A DNA stretch of 64,000 nucleotides from Gemmatimonadota bacterium (GTDB lineage Bacteria; JBHIER01; G020348925). The position numbers were made by a program, and so were the translations under genes. Below, one piece after another: positions 9,582 to 20,564 of the stretch (its first letter is position 1; each line of letters opens with the position of its first letter). The notes under the pieces were generated by a model. It was not told where the DNA came from. It worked only from the letters and a program-made list of their open reading frames with translations, and did not search any database. The stretch lies in the NCBI GenBank assembly GCA_020348925.1, contig CP070758.1, positions 2,247,688 to 2,311,687 of the forward strand, written 5' to 3'.

Positions 9582-12500
9582 AAAAGAAACCGAAAAAGGT
9601 GATCATATTGGGATCCGGCGCAATACGGATCGGTCAAGCCGGAGAATTCGACTATTCCGGCAGTCAGGCTATTAAGGCCTTGAAGGAGGAAGGGATTAAG
9701 ACTGTTCTGGTGAATCCAAACATTGCCACGATCCAAACATCTGACTCCCTGGCGGATAAAGTCTACTTTTTACCAATCGATGCATATTTTGTTGAAAAAA
9801 TAATAAAGAAGGAGAAACCTGACGGCGTACTGCTCGGCTTTGGCGGGCAGACAGCGTTGAATGTTGGGGTCGAACTATCGAAAAAAAGCGTCTTCCAGAA
9901 AAATAATGTCGAAGTATTAGGGTCGCCGATTGAGGCCATCGTCAATACAGAGGACCGCGATCTGTTTGTGAAAAAATTACGGGAGATCGATCTCAAGACG
10001 CCTGCAAGCAGGGCGGTAGCGTGCGTTGAGGAGGCGCTCGATGAAGCAAAAGATATCGGGTACCCGGTCATGTGCAGGATCGCCTACGCTCTGGGTGGTC
10101 TGGGTTCGGGCGTAGCCTATGATGAAACGCAACTCCATACAATAACGAGTAAGGCCTTCTCCTTCACCCAGCAAATCCTGATAGAGGAATATTTTGGCGG
10201 CTGGAAAGAACTCGAATACGAAGTGGTGCGAGATCGGTACAACAATTGCGTTGTCGTCTGCTCCATGGAGAACATCGACCCCATGGGAATTCATACGGGT
10301 GAGAGCATTGTTGTTGCTCCGGTTCAAACGTTAAGTGCCTCCGAGAATTTCAAACTGCGGTCCTTATCCATCAAAGTGATACGCCATCTCGGTATTGTCG
10401 GCGAGTGTAACATACAGTTTGCCCTCGATCCTCAATCGGAAGATTACAGGATCATAGAGGTCAATGCCAGATTGAGTAGGAGTTCCGCTCTGGCCTCTAA
10501 GGCAACTGGCTACCCCCTGGCCTTCATCGCGACGAAACTAGCCCTGGGCCGGAGTCTTACTGAGGTGAAAAATATCATCACGAAGGAGACGTCGGCCTGT
10601 TTTGAGCCGGCTCTGGATTACGTTGTGCTCAAATATCCACGGTGGGATCTTCAGAAATTCAAAAAAGTGGCTCTGGGCTTAAGTTCGGAAATGAAATCTG
10701 TAGGTGAAGTGATGGCCATAGGTCGGGGCTTTGAGGAAGTACTTCAGAAAGCAATTCGAATGACGGATGTTGGGATGAACGGTCTCGTCTGCAATGATCT
10801 GACATTCAATGACCTCGAGCAGGAATTGAAGGAACCGACCGATAAGAGGGTGTTCGCAATTGCTGAGGCGATTCGAAGAGGATTTTCTATTGACAGAATA
10901 CACGAGCTCTCCAGGGTTGATCCATGGTTTCTTTACAAGATCAGGAATATCGTTGAGACAGAGGAACAATTGAAAGGGTACGGCCAGAGAAATATACCCA
11001 AATATTTGGTTAGAGGCGCAAAACAAAGGGGGTTTTCCGATCGTCAAATAGCGCTGCTTACGGGTAGTGATGAGCTCAGGGTGAGGAAACGAAGAATAAA
11101 GATGGGTGTCCTGCCCTGTGTGAAGCAAATCGATACATTAGCCGCGGAGTATCCTGCGAAGACCAACTATCTCTACATGACGTATCATGGTTCCGAAGAT
11201 GACCTTGATCTTAGGGGAAAAAATCAAGTGATCATTTTAGGTGGAGGGGCCTATCGAATTGGGTCCTCGGTGGAGTTTGACTGGTGTTGTGTGAATTCAG
11301 TCATAACCTTGAAGAATTTAAAGTATCACACAATAATGATAAATTGTAATCCTGAGACAGTGAGCACGGATTACGACATCTGTGATAAATTGTATTTCGA
11401 AGAACTCACCTTTGAGAGGATTTTGGATATTTACGAGAGGGAGAATCCTTTGGGGATCATCGTTTCCATGGGCGGTCAAACACCGAATAATCTGACCATC
11501 CCTCTGCATACGGCGGGTGTTTCAATACTCGGAACGTCACCTTGTAGCATTGATAATGCCGAGGATCGGCATAAATTTTCAGAGTTGCTGGACACATTGG
11601 GAATCGATCAACCGGAGTGGAAGGAATTGACCAGTATGAGGGAAGCGGAGGTCTTCGCCAACACCGTTCGCTACCCTGTTCTCATACGGCCGAGCTATGT
11701 ACTCAGCGGTGCGGCAATGGGCATTGCTTTGAGCCAAGATGAGCTGAGGGACTATCTGAGGAAAGCTTCGGAGGTGAATAAGGACCATCCGGTGGTTATC
11801 AGCAAATTTATTACGGGGGCCAAGGAGATAGAAATTGATGCGGTTGCAAAGGACGGTGAGCTGTATTGCTACGCTATCTCCGAGCACGTCGAGAACGCAG
11901 GGGTTCATTCAGGGGATGCAACGATGGTCTTGCCTCCTCAGAGAACCTACCTGGAGACAATGAGGAGAGTCAAAGTCATCGCCAAGAAGATAGCAAAATC
12001 TTTAAAAATAACGGGTCCCTTTAATATACAGTTTATTGCTAAGGAGAACGACGTTAAGGTCATCGAGTGTAATTTGCGAGTTTCAAGAAGTTTCCCCTTC
12101 GTTTCCAAGGTGTTCAAGATCAATTTCATTGACCATGCAACGAAGCTCATCATGGGCAGACATGTTCCCAGGATAGATCGCTCCTCCTTTGATTTGGATT
12201 ATGTTGGAGTGAAAGCACCGCAATTCTCTTTTACTCGATTAAAAGGCTCAGATCCGATATTGGGAGTTGAGATGGTGTCAACTGGGGAAGTCGCATGTTT
12301 GGGTGATGACTTTAATGAGGCTTTCTTGAAAAGTCTCATGTCCGTTGGTTTCAGGATACCGAGGAAAACAATATTGTTATCCACGGGGCCGATCGATACC
12401 AAGGCTCAATTCTTGGACAGTACGAGAATCTTGGACCGATTGGGATTCAAGTTTTATGCTACCAAGGGAACGGCAGATTTTATGGGTGCCAATAATATGA

Positions 12501-12766
12501 AAGCAGACGTTCTCCATTGGCCAAGTGAGGGGAAAGAGCCAAACGCGCTTACGTACATCGTTGATGGGAAAATTGATTTAGTCATAAATATACCTAAGAA
12601 TATTGAGAAAGAAGAGCTTGATAATGACTATCTCATCAGGCGGAAAGCGGTTGACTTCAATGTTCCACTGATTACAGATATGCAGCTTGCGAAGCGGTTT
12701 GTCGAAGCGATGTGCAGAACATCGCTCAAGGAATTACGGATTAAAAGCTGGGGCGAATATAGTTGA
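9578..12766 (+). CDS. carB: Carbamoyl-phosphate synthase large subunit
   Basis: GQAGEFDYSGSQA, duplicated ATP-grasp halves (IEVNARLSRSS; NCNPETVSTDYD), C-terminal MGS domain; ATGA overlap with carA. Confidence 0.98.
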   Translation: MKKKPKKVIILGSGAIRIGQAGEFDYSGSQAIKALKEEGIKTVLVNPNIATIQTSDSLADKVYFLPIDAYFVEKIIKKEKPDGVLLGFGGQTALNVGVELSKKSVFQKNNVEVLGSPIEAIVNTEDRDLFVKKLREIDLKTPASRAVACVEEALDEAKDIGYPVMCRIAYALGGLGSGVAYDETQLHTITSKAFSFTQQILIEEYFGGWKELEYEVVRDRYNNCVVVCSMENIDPMGIHTGESIVVAPVQTLSASENFKLRSLSIKVIRHLGIVGECNIQFALDPQSEDYRIIEVNARLSRSSALASKATGYPLAFIATKLALGRSLTEVKNIITKETSACFEPALDYVVLKYPRWDLQKFKKVALGLSSEMKSVGEVMAIGRGFEEVLQKAIRMTDVGMNGLVCNDLTFNDLEQELKEPTDKRVFAIAEAIRRGFSIDRIHELSRVDPWFLYKIRNIVETEEQLKGYGQRNIPKYLVRGAKQRGFSDRQIALLTGSDELRVRKRRIKMGVLPCVKQIDTLAAEYPAKTNYLYMTYHGSEDDLDLRGKNQVIILGGGAYRIGSSVEFDWCCVNSVITLKNLKYHTIMINCNPETVSTDYDICDKLYFEELTFERILDIYERENPLGIIVSMGGQTPNNLTIPLHTAGVSILGTSPCSIDNAEDRHKFSELLDTLGIDQPEWKELTSMREAEVFANTVRYPVLIRPSYVLSGAAMGIALSQDELRDYLRKASEVNKDHPVVISKFITGAKEIEIDAVAKDGELYCYAISEHVENAGVHSGDATMVLPPQRTYLETMRRVKVIAKKIAKSLKITGPFNIQFIAKENDVKVIECNLRVSRSFPFVSKVFKINFIDHATKLIMGRHVPRIDRSSFDLDYVGVKAPQFSFTRLKGSDPILGVEMVSTGEVACLGDDFNEAFLKSLMSVGFRIPRKTILLSTGPIDTKAQFLDSTRILDRLGFKFYATKGTADFMGANNMKADVLHWPSEGKEPNALTYIVDGKIDLVINIPKNIEKEELDNDYLIRRKAVDFNVPLITDMQLAKRFVEAMCRTSLKELRIKSWGEYS

Positions 12767-12889
12767 TTTTACGTGAAAAAGTGAAAGTCCTCGATGCGGC
12801 TTTCGGTCTCTCGATCCCTCAAGGGGTTCTGAGGAGGTTTTATTCAGGATCAACGTATCTTCCGACTCTAACATATCGATTCCATTCTC

Positions 12890-15800
12890 TTAATCACCGT
12901 ATTTTAATCTGACGTCGACCACATTATCCTCCCGTTCCCGGTCGATGAGGATGACGTAGGGATCGATGCCTGCTCGGATTGGTTTTTTGTCGACAATAAT
13001 TTCGATAGTGGATGTATTCTTTTCGAATCTATGCTTCTTCGAGTATAACTCTTCATTGTTCTCTCCCAAGAGACCGATGTCAATATAATCATTGATGGGA
13101 ATCTCAGTCTGGGTTCCCATACTGTCGGCCCGGAATTTGTGGGTGGAAACATTGAGATGAACTCTGTATCGATCGTTATCGAGCTCCTCGTATGTGGCCG
13201 ATTCAGCCTTGTTCTCCCATAGAGTGATGGTTTCGAAGAGGTCGGTTACGAGATAGTCGAAGCTGTCGGGGGCAGCATCTTTGAAGGCGTCGATGAGATC
13301 AACGGAGAGAGGGAATCGGTCTTCCCTGTGTCCGTATTCATCGACAATGGTCTTCAGGGCCCGGTTGACCCTGTCCTCACCGACGTAATCCTGAAGGGCA
13401 TACATCGTGACCGAACTTTTGGGATAGTTGATGTAGTACTGCTTCGAATAGCTCCGCATCAACGGCCGTTCTCCCTCGATGTCCCGTTTTCTCCTGCTTA
13501 AATAATGGCTCATCTCCTTTTTAAGGAATTTTCTGGCGATCTCTTTGCCGTATACTTTTTCCAGACACATGGTCTCAATATACTGGGCCATGGTTTCGGT
13601 GAGCATTTCGTCGCCCTCCGCATCGGCAGGCGTGACAATATAGGCCCACCACTGATGAGCCATTTCGTGGGTGCAGATAGCGAAAACCATGTCAACATCG
13701 CCCGGCTTCTCGAGATTACTGATGAATCCCGCATCCTCGCTCCAGGTGAAGACCGTGGGATTGGAGCGCGCACCGTAATCGACGTACCTGGGAACCTCGA
13801 CGATACGGACAGAGCGGTAGGGGTAAGGGCAGTAATTCTTGGTGCAGTAGTCGAAAGCACGCTTGACACCCTTGATCATCCGATGGGCGTTGTAAGGATG
13901 CTGTTTGTCGAAATAGACTTCGATGCCGATGTTTTCATAGGTGTCTCTCACTGTGTCATACTCCGAAGAGGCGAATACGAACTCTCGGTTCATGGGTGCT
14001 TCGGAGCGATAGTGAAAAAAGTTGCGGCCTTTTTCACTCCAGCGGCGTACGAGGTCGCCATTGGAAACGACGGTTTGGGGAGAGGTAGTACTGATGATGG
14101 CCTCGTAGGTGACGAGATCGCACGGCCAGAAGGGGACGGAACGGTTCGCCTCCTGTAGAGTTGGACTGGACGGGCGTTCGGAAAGGCCGAATTTCTTTCG
14201 ATCCCGGCTGGATGATAATTCGTACTCGGAGTTGTAACCGATGCGGGGAAAATAATTGTGGTTTTGGCCCGTGAGAATAATGCAGGTTCCCTTTGCCGCC
14301 AGCTCATTTTTAGGATTATTGTCGGTGAATCCGCGCGTCTCCGTCCGGAAGTCAAAGTCGAGCCGTATTTCCTGTCCGGCAGTGAGGGGATGGTTCAGTT
14401 TGAAGAGGCGGAAACCGGACTCGCTGTCGTGGATTTCCAGAGAAGAAGGAGTAGAGAGATCGAATTGTGAGATTTCGGAGGTATGCCAATCAGATAAACT
14501 GACGATGATCTCATCGATGTCTGATTTGGTTTTATTCACCAACGTATATTGACCTCCTATGTGGACGGCTCTCTTTTCGGGATAGAGATCTACCTTCACC
14601 TTCACTTCTGATATGTTGGGTTGGGGCCTATTTTTGTACCGTGAATATTTCTTCTCGTAATCGGCCTGGATGCGCTTCGCAGTCCTCTCGGAACGGTACT
14701 CATTTAAAATGTAACGGTTGTAAGCGATGTGTCCACCGGTACCGAGGAAAAGAAGGAAGAGAATGACCAGTGCCCAGTGAAACCGGCGATGGAACCGCTG
14801 CAGACCGACACGGAGTCTGAACTTCAGGGATATCTCATTGTTCCTCCGCCATAACAGGCTGGTCAGAATGACCAGGATGGCGGCAAACAGGAGCCAGTAA
14901 ATTGTATACCATAGAATGACGGGCCCGTAGTGGCCGAAGCCGTTCAGATTCGAGTAAATGAAGCCTGGGACATTCCCGTATCGAAGGAGAGGAAGATCGA
15001 ACTTGAGGACGACGAATATCATTAGATCGGCGACGAAATAGAGGGCACAGAGAAAAAACCCAAGAATTTTATTCGGAGAGAGGTTCTGGATGAAAAAAAC
15101 AAAAACAGTAAAGAACCAGAACTGGAGAAGAGTAATACCGAACAGGTGCCTGATGTACAGGCCGACCTCGATGTTTGTATACCGGAAAACGATGATCTGC
15201 GTCAGGATGGCGAAGATCATGGCCAGGATGATGTAGCAGAACTGTATGGCCATCATGGTCAGAAGCTTGCTCAGAAAGCTCAGGCTGTTGGGGAGGGGCA
15301 ACGTGTCGTAAAACTCGTTGGAGCCATGATCCCTCTCCCGCCAGATGATCACACCGCCGAAGAAGATGGTCAGGGGGATGATGTAAATCCAGAGATGGAG
15401 TGTTTCGCTCAAGAATCGTGATGTTACAGGATAGACATTGTCGCCCATGGGTTTTACATTTAAGCCGAAGTTCGTGAGAATCTCACTGATGGCCATGAAG
15501 GTTAAGATGAGGAAGGCCGGGTGGAAGACGGTGCGTCGGAATTCTCGTGAGATGAGGTGGATGGACTGCCTCAAGTGAAAGACGAAGGTCTCATCAATGG
15601 TGGTTGGTGAAAGGGCGCCCAAGGCACTGATCCCCTTTGTCTCGTGATCTTCCACGAAGTTCATTTTTTTCTTTTTTCCCTCAAGGACCGTAACGAATCG
15701 GAAGCGTCTCCACGTGAAGATGAGAACAACCAGACTGACAGAGAACCAGAGAATCCGGTTCCACAACATCGTACCGCCGAGAGGCATGAGATTGGTGTTG

Positions 15801-16486
15801 ATGTCGGCCACTGTCCAGTACTTTGTCAGCGCATCGAGGGTCGCAATGCCGAATGGGTCGAGAAGACTTTTTGCCGCGTCGTTTTCCCAACCAGCGAAGC
15901 CACCGTGGACGAGGCCGTATACCATTAACAGGCCAATACCGGCTAAGTACGTTGTCGTCATTTTTCTGGTCAGCGTGGCCAGGGAGAAAAAGACACCCCC
16001 GACGAGGAGGAGGTTGGGAATAACGAGAGCAAAAAGAGGAAGCAGGAAAGCCGACAGCCGGAAGGGACCATAATAGTTGGTACCTATGACCAAACAGCCG
16101 ACAATAAAGCCGAGGACGACCCCGAGGAACAGCAGCACGTTGGCGGTGAGGCCACCGAAGAAACGGCCGCCGAGGTAGGTCGTCTTTTTCATCGGTAGCG
16201 TGAAAAAGAAATCATGAATACGAGCTGAAAAGTCCCGTGTCACGGACCGACCCACCATAATTATCGTGAGCAACAGGCCCACGGCGCTGAACCGTGCCAT
16301 CATTTTTGCGATAAGAATGGGCGCATTATGCCACTCTTTGGCGATGCTCAATCCCATTATGTAGGAGTTGGGATTGAGGTTTGCGGCAAAAAAGTAGGTA
16401 CAGACGAATAGAATGATCGTGAAGAGATAAAAAGATATACCTTTCAGATTTCTTGCGAATTCTTTCAAATAGATGTTGAGGAACAT
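12890..16486 (-). CDS. ABC-2 type permease fused to an M1-family aminopeptidase domain
   Basis: Two multi-TM halves, then HEMAHQWW...MLTETMAQY (HExxH-x18-E) and YPKSSVTMYAL. Confidence 0.88.
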   Translation of the reverse strand: MFLNIYLKEFARNLKGISFYLFTIILFVCTYFFAANLNPNSYIMGLSIAKEWHNAPILIAKMMARFSAVGLLLTIIMVGRSVTRDFSARIHDFFFTLPMKKTTYLGGRFFGGLTANVLLFLGVVLGFIVGCLVIGTNYYGPFRLSAFLLPLFALVIPNLLLVGGVFFSLATLTRKMTTTYLAGIGLLMVYGLVHGGFAGWENDAAKSLLDPFGIATLDALTKYWTVADINTNLMPLGGTMLWNRILWFSVSLVVLIFTWRRFRFVTVLEGKKKKMNFVEDHETKGISALGALSPTTIDETFVFHLRQSIHLISREFRRTVFHPAFLILTFMAISEILTNFGLNVKPMGDNVYPVTSRFLSETLHLWIYIIPLTIFFGGVIIWRERDHGSNEFYDTLPLPNSLSFLSKLLTMMAIQFCYIILAMIFAILTQIIVFRYTNIEVGLYIRHLFGITLLQFWFFTVFVFFIQNLSPNKILGFFLCALYFVADLMIFVVLKFDLPLLRYGNVPGFIYSNLNGFGHYGPVILWYTIYWLLFAAILVILTSLLWRRNNEISLKFRLRVGLQRFHRRFHWALVILFLLFLGTGGHIAYNRYILNEYRSERTAKRIQADYEKKYSRYKNRPQPNISEVKVKVDLYPEKRAVHIGGQYTLVNKTKSDIDEIIVSLSDWHTSEISQFDLSTPSSLEIHDSESGFRLFKLNHPLTAGQEIRLDFDFRTETRGFTDNNPKNELAAKGTCIILTGQNHNYFPRIGYNSEYELSSSRDRKKFGLSERPSSPTLQEANRSVPFWPCDLVTYEAIISTTSPQTVVSNGDLVRRWSEKGRNFFHYRSEAPMNREFVFASSEYDTVRDTYENIGIEVYFDKQHPYNAHRMIKGVKRAFDYCTKNYCPYPYRSVRIVEVPRYVDYGARSNPTVFTWSEDAGFISNLEKPGDVDMVFAICTHEMAHQWWAYIVTPADAEGDEMLTETMAQYIETMCLEKVYGKEIARKFLKKEMSHYLSRRKRDIEGERPLMRSYSKQYYINYPKSSVTMYALQDYVGEDRVNRALKTIVDEYGHREDRFPLSVDLIDAFKDAAPDSFDYLVTDLFETITLWENKAESATYEELDNDRYRVHLNVSTHKFRADSMGTQTEIPINDYIDIGLLGENNEELYSKKHRFEKNTSTIEIIVDKKPIRAGIDPYVILIDREREDNVVDVRLKYGD

Positions 16487-16544
16487 GGATGACGCCCTCC
16501 GTGGTTATATGTCATCTTTAGGTTTTGCTAAGTGACACGATGAT

Positions 16545-17411
16545 TCACTGGCTCAGATGATAAAAGTATACATCCTCGAGCGTTGGCTTAACGCTCGTAA
16601 AGCCGTCAACAGGGTTGGATTCACTGTATATGTGGATGAACGTCTTTCCTGCGAAAAGTCGCGATGATATGAGGTGGTATTTGTGTTCATAGGTAGTCAA
16701 GTCGCTTTTCGGGATCTCCTTTTCCCAGATTTTACCGTCTACATGTGCCATGGCCTCGAATGTGTTGGCTTTCAAAATGATTTGTCCATTGTTGATGATA
16801 GCCATATTCGTGCACAGGTCGCTGACGTCATCGACGATGTGGGTGGAGAGAATGACGACGATGTTCTCCCCAATCTCGCTGAGCAGGTTATGGAAGCGAA
16901 CGCGCTCTTCCGGATCCAAACCGGAGGTGGGCTCATCGACGATGATGAGCTTGGAATTGCCCAGGAGCGTTAATGCAATGCCGAAGCGCTGCTTCATGCC
17001 GTGAGAAAATGTGCCCAACTTCTGGTTCCTTTCCACCCACAGATTGACTCGTTTGAGGAGCTCCATGACTTTCTTTTTTCGTTCTCCTCTGTCCCGAACT
17101 CCTTTGAGCAGCGTAAAATGGTCAAGGATATTGAAGGCCGTATCCTTGGGGTAGAATCCGAATTCCTGGGGAAGATAGCCTAATAATTTCTTAACTTCGT
17201 TTTTCTGCCTGAGGACGTCGATCTCTCCGAAGCGGATTTCGCCGGAATCAGCTTCCTGGAGCGTGGCAATAGTGCGCATCAGGGTCGTTTTCCCAGCGCC
17301 ATTCGGTCCCAATAAACCAAACAGACCGGTGGGAATATCGAGGGAAACATCATCAAGGGCAACAACACCATTGGCGTAGGTCTTGGATAAATTACGTATG
17401 GTCAGTTCCAT
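16545..17411 (-). CDS. ABC transporter ATP-binding protein
   Basis: GPNGAGKT Walker A, FSHGMKQR signature variant, IIVDEPT Walker B, STH switch. Confidence 0.95.
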   Translation of the reverse strand: MELTIRNLSKTYANGVVALDDVSLDIPTGLFGLLGPNGAGKTTLMRTIATLQEADSGEIRFGEIDVLRQKNEVKKLLGYLPQEFGFYPKDTAFNILDHFTLLKGVRDRGERKKKVMELLKRVNLWVERNQKLGTFSHGMKQRFGIALTLLGNSKLIIVDEPTSGLDPEERVRFHNLLSEIGENIVVILSTHIVDDVSDLCTNMAIINNGQIILKANTFEAMAHVDGKIWEKEIPKSDLTTYEHKYHLISSRLFAGKTFIHIYSESNPVDGFTSVKPTLEDVYFYHLSQ

Positions 17412-17543
17412 AATACTCTATCCTCCGTTCTTCGAATATGATTTCTATTAATCTTGAACCCATTCTCTTTGCTACACGCTTCACTTCATAACTCCACTTT
17501 TCGATCGTAATCTATCAAACGGAAAGAGAGATACTACCTAAAT

Positions 17544-17574
17544 GTGATGAACGTTACTCTTGACGTGATCAACG
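17544..17574 (-). promoter_or_regulatory. Putative LytTR-binding direct repeat
   Basis: GTGATGAACG (17544-17553) and GTGATCAACG (17565-17574) with 21-bp period, between the divergent ABC and LytS genes. Confidence 0.55.
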
Positions 17575-17633
17575 AAACAGGAATCCGGACGTAGTGCGTT
17601 CGTCATTATAATTTTGATTTCGGTACATCCAAA

Positions 17634-18659
17634 ATGTATATTAGAACCATGAAACAGCGATTCGTTGACACACTCAAGAGGCTCTGGCAAAACCGGATTT
17701 CTCGCCACGTTTTGTACTGGCTCATTATCTACGCCGCATTCTATGCAATCATTCGTCCTTTCGAATCACATATATTTGCATTACGACTCGCGACGTTCTT
17801 TGCGGCCTCAGGTCCTATCCCTGTCTATTTTCACCTTGTTATTGTAAAGCGATATTTTGAACAACGGAGATATGTTGCGTATATTGTTGGTCTTGCAATA
17901 GTTATTGCTCTATCCTCGACCTTTTCCAACTTCTTGTTTCGTATGATGGAGAAAGATCCCGATTCACACAGTTCCGGACTTGGTTTTGCCGTCATGTATA
18001 TTGTGGTATCGACCGGTTTTCGGTACTATGGCAGGGGCGTGAAGCAGCAATATCGGCTCCAGGAAGCGGAATTCAAGCATCTTCAAACCGAACTTGCCTT
18101 GCTCAAGTCTCAGATCGATCCACATTTCTTCTTCAACACCCTCAATAATCTTTATGCCCTCAGTCTTGAAAAATCCGATCGTGTGCCGGGTGTGATACTG
18201 AAGCTCTCGGAATTGATGCGCTATGTTATGGACAGTTCCCAGCGGAAAACGGTACCGTTGGAGGAGGAACTCCGGTTCGTGAAGAATTACGTCGAGCTGG
18301 AGAAACTCCGATTCAGCGGAACTCCCGACATTGAAGTTCGGATCGCTGGGACCATGAACGGGAAATACATTGCTCCGATGCTGCTCGTTCCCTTTGTCGA
18401 GAACAGTTTCAAGCACGGAATGAGCAATACCGCCAAGGGCGGATTTGTGTCTGTTGTATCACAAGTTCAAGGTGACGATTTTTATTTCACCGTTGAGAAC
18501 AGCAAACCTGAAGGCGCCGTGAATGATGAGAGAGGGTCCGAGGGGATGGGTTTACTGAACGTGAAGCGGCGGTTAGAACTTCTCTATCATGGATCGGGTC
18601 AACTGTCTATTAAGGAGGATGAGAAAAGGTACAAGGTGGAGTTGAGAATCCGACTATGA
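17634..18659 (+). CDS. LytS-family sensor histidine kinase
   Basis: N-terminal TM segments, LKSQIDPHFFFNTLNN, PFVENSFKHG and GMGLLNVKRRLELLY. Confidence 0.93.
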   Translation: MYIRTMKQRFVDTLKRLWQNRISRHVLYWLIIYAAFYAIIRPFESHIFALRLATFFAASGPIPVYFHLVIVKRYFEQRRYVAYIVGLAIVIALSSTFSNFLFRMMEKDPDSHSSGLGFAVMYIVVSTGFRYYGRGVKQQYRLQEAEFKHLQTELALLKSQIDPHFFFNTLNNLYALSLEKSDRVPGVILKLSELMRYVMDSSQRKTVPLEEELRFVKNYVELEKLRFSGTPDIEVRIAGTMNGKYIAPMLLVPFVENSFKHGMSNTAKGGFVSVVSQVQGDDFYFTVENSKPEGAVNDERGSEGMGLLNVKRRLELLYHGSGQLSIKEDEKRYKVELRIRL

Positions 18660-19384
18660 AGATCAAGTGCATGATCGTCGATGACGAACCCCTGGCCAGA
18701 CGCGTGATCGAGAAGCACATGGCTGTTCTGCCTTCTTTGAAGCTCGTAAAGGAGTGTTCCAACGCCATGGCGGCGGCAGCGTACCTGCATGAACATCCGG
18801 TGGATGTGATGTTTCTGGACATAAAAATGCCTGAGCTGACGGGTCTCGATTTTCTGAAGACCCTTTCGGATCCACCTCTCGTGATCCTGACGACCGCTTA
18901 CTCGGAGTTCGCTCTGGAGGGGTATGAATACTCGGTTGTGGACTATCTGCTCAAGCCGATCTCCTTTGAACGGTTTTTAAAAGCGGTGAACAAAGTATCG
19001 GAGAGGGTTGAGCAAAAGAAGGATCTCCAAGAAGAAAGGAATTCGGAGGTGCACGACGGCTTTATTTTTTTAAGAGCTGATAAAATCGAGCACAAGGTAA
19101 TGTTTTCAGAAATACGGTACATTGAAGGATGTGGGAACTTCGTGAAAGTCTACACGGCCAATAAGATGATTATGGTTTCGGAAACGATGTCGAATATTCA
19201 GGAACGTTTGCCGGAGAATTTATTCATCCGCGTTCACAAATCCTATGTGGTTTCCATCACGAGAATGGATTGCATTGAGAGCAATATGATTCGAATAGGT
19301 GAGAAGGTGATACCCATCGGTAAAACATACAAACGGGAGGTGGAGCGGGCGATTAGCAAGTACCGGTTCGGGGAGCGTTCATAG
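18656..19384 (+). CDS. LytTR-family response regulator
   Basis: VDDEPLA, FLDIKMP and DYLLKP receiver motifs; FIRVHKSYVV LytTR motif; ATGA overlap with the kinase. Confidence 0.95.
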   Translation: MKIKCMIVDDEPLARRVIEKHMAVLPSLKLVKECSNAMAAAAYLHEHPVDVMFLDIKMPELTGLDFLKTLSDPPLVILTTAYSEFALEGYEYSVVDYLLKPISFERFLKAVNKVSERVEQKKDLQEERNSEVHDGFIFLRADKIEHKVMFSEIRYIEGCGNFVKVYTANKMIMVSETMSNIQERLPENLFIRVHKSYVVSITRMDCIESNMIRIGEKVIPIGKTYKREVERAISKYRFGERS

Positions 19385-19542
19385 AACCGTAGATGAATAC
19401 TTCAGTCTCTTATAAAAAGACGGCTTTTACGGCTGTCTCAAATCGAGTTCGGTGCTCTTCAACAGAGTATTTTTAAGAAAGATCGAACCTTGAGGAAACC
19501 ACATTCAGAAGTGGGCATAATCGCAAAGAGGAATGCGGAGCC

Positions 19543-20100
19543 CTATCCTTCCGATGGAGTTGATGATTTTTCGTTAGTCGGCTTATTCTTCTTGGCTTTT
19601 TCTTTATTCTCGACGAGAGGGATATCACGCTGTTCAAAGGCGATCTTCACGCCACTCAGCAGGTCCTGAAAAGATACAGACGGTTTCAATTCGTAATAGT
19701 CTCTGATGCTTTCAAAGCAACCCTTGTACACAGAGAAAGAAAATGTTTCACCAGGGGGAAGGTGGAATATGCTCAGCACTCTTCTGTTTTGAAGGTCCTC
19801 CAGACTAAATCGGACATGATGAGGGGAGAAGTCCCACGCTCTCGTCGAACAGGGTTCACCACCACCGGGGAAGATGAACCGGGGCAATAAACACTGAGTG
19901 AGCCGCGCTTCACCCTTTCCGGTATTCGTAATCTCAAACCGTGTCGCTTTGAAATGGACGAAATCTATCTCATAGTATTCGGCTACGATATTCGGTTGTT
20001 TCATCCTTTCGTGATAAACAGGACTGAAATATGCGAAAACCCATCCCAATAAAGCCAAAACAATTGGTATCCAGATTACGTTCCGTTTTTCAGTTGCCAT
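19543..20100 (-). CDS. Hypothetical protein with a single N-terminal TM anchor
   Basis: GGAGG RBS, hydrophobic N-terminal segment, 185-aa ORF. Confidence 0.6.
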   Translation of the reverse strand: MATEKRNVIWIPIVLALLGWVFAYFSPVYHERMKQPNIVAEYYEIDFVHFKATRFEITNTGKGEARLTQCLLPRFIFPGGGEPCSTRAWDFSPHHVRFSLEDLQNRRVLSIFHLPPGETFSFSVYKGCFESIRDYYELKPSVSFQDLLSGVKIAFEQRDIPLVENKEKAKKNKPTNEKSSTPSEG

Positions 20101-20312
20101 ATTTTTCCTCCCCTACCATGAACATAAGGAGACCGGAGAATGAAATTGATGAGGCTTTACTTTTCAGATGCCATATCTGTTCCCGTCTTATTGCGATCCA
20201 TGCGCAGGATATTCAGCAGAATTTATATGATTTTTTTGGAACCCTATTTCGTAATTCCAGAACTCGAGCACTTTCTAGTGAAGAGGTGCGCGGTAATTGA
20301 AAATGAAAAAAG

Positions 20313-20534
20313 TTATTCTGGCTCAATGAACCTCGATACCTCGCCTCCACACAGTCCGCATTTGCCCTTCAGGACAACCCCACCCTGATCGATCCAGGCA
20401 TCGTAATCGGCCAAAGGTACGGTCTTCTTACAGTGCATACAGTATATATGTTTCAGCACTTCCTGGAAACGCCTCTTCATATCTATATCGGATACTTTCT
20501 TCTTCATATTTCTCTCCATGCCGAGGATGATCAT
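20313..20534 (-). CDS. Small zinc-ribbon protein (start uncertain)
   Basis: YCMHCK...KGKCGLCG: two CxxC motifs. Confidence 0.7.
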   Translation of the reverse strand: MIILGMERNMKKKVSDIDMKRRFQEVLKHIYCMHCKKTVPLADYDAWIDQGGVVLKGKCGLCGGEVSRFIEPE

Positions 20535-20564
20535 TCGTCCTCTGCCGACTCTCGAATCGCCGGT

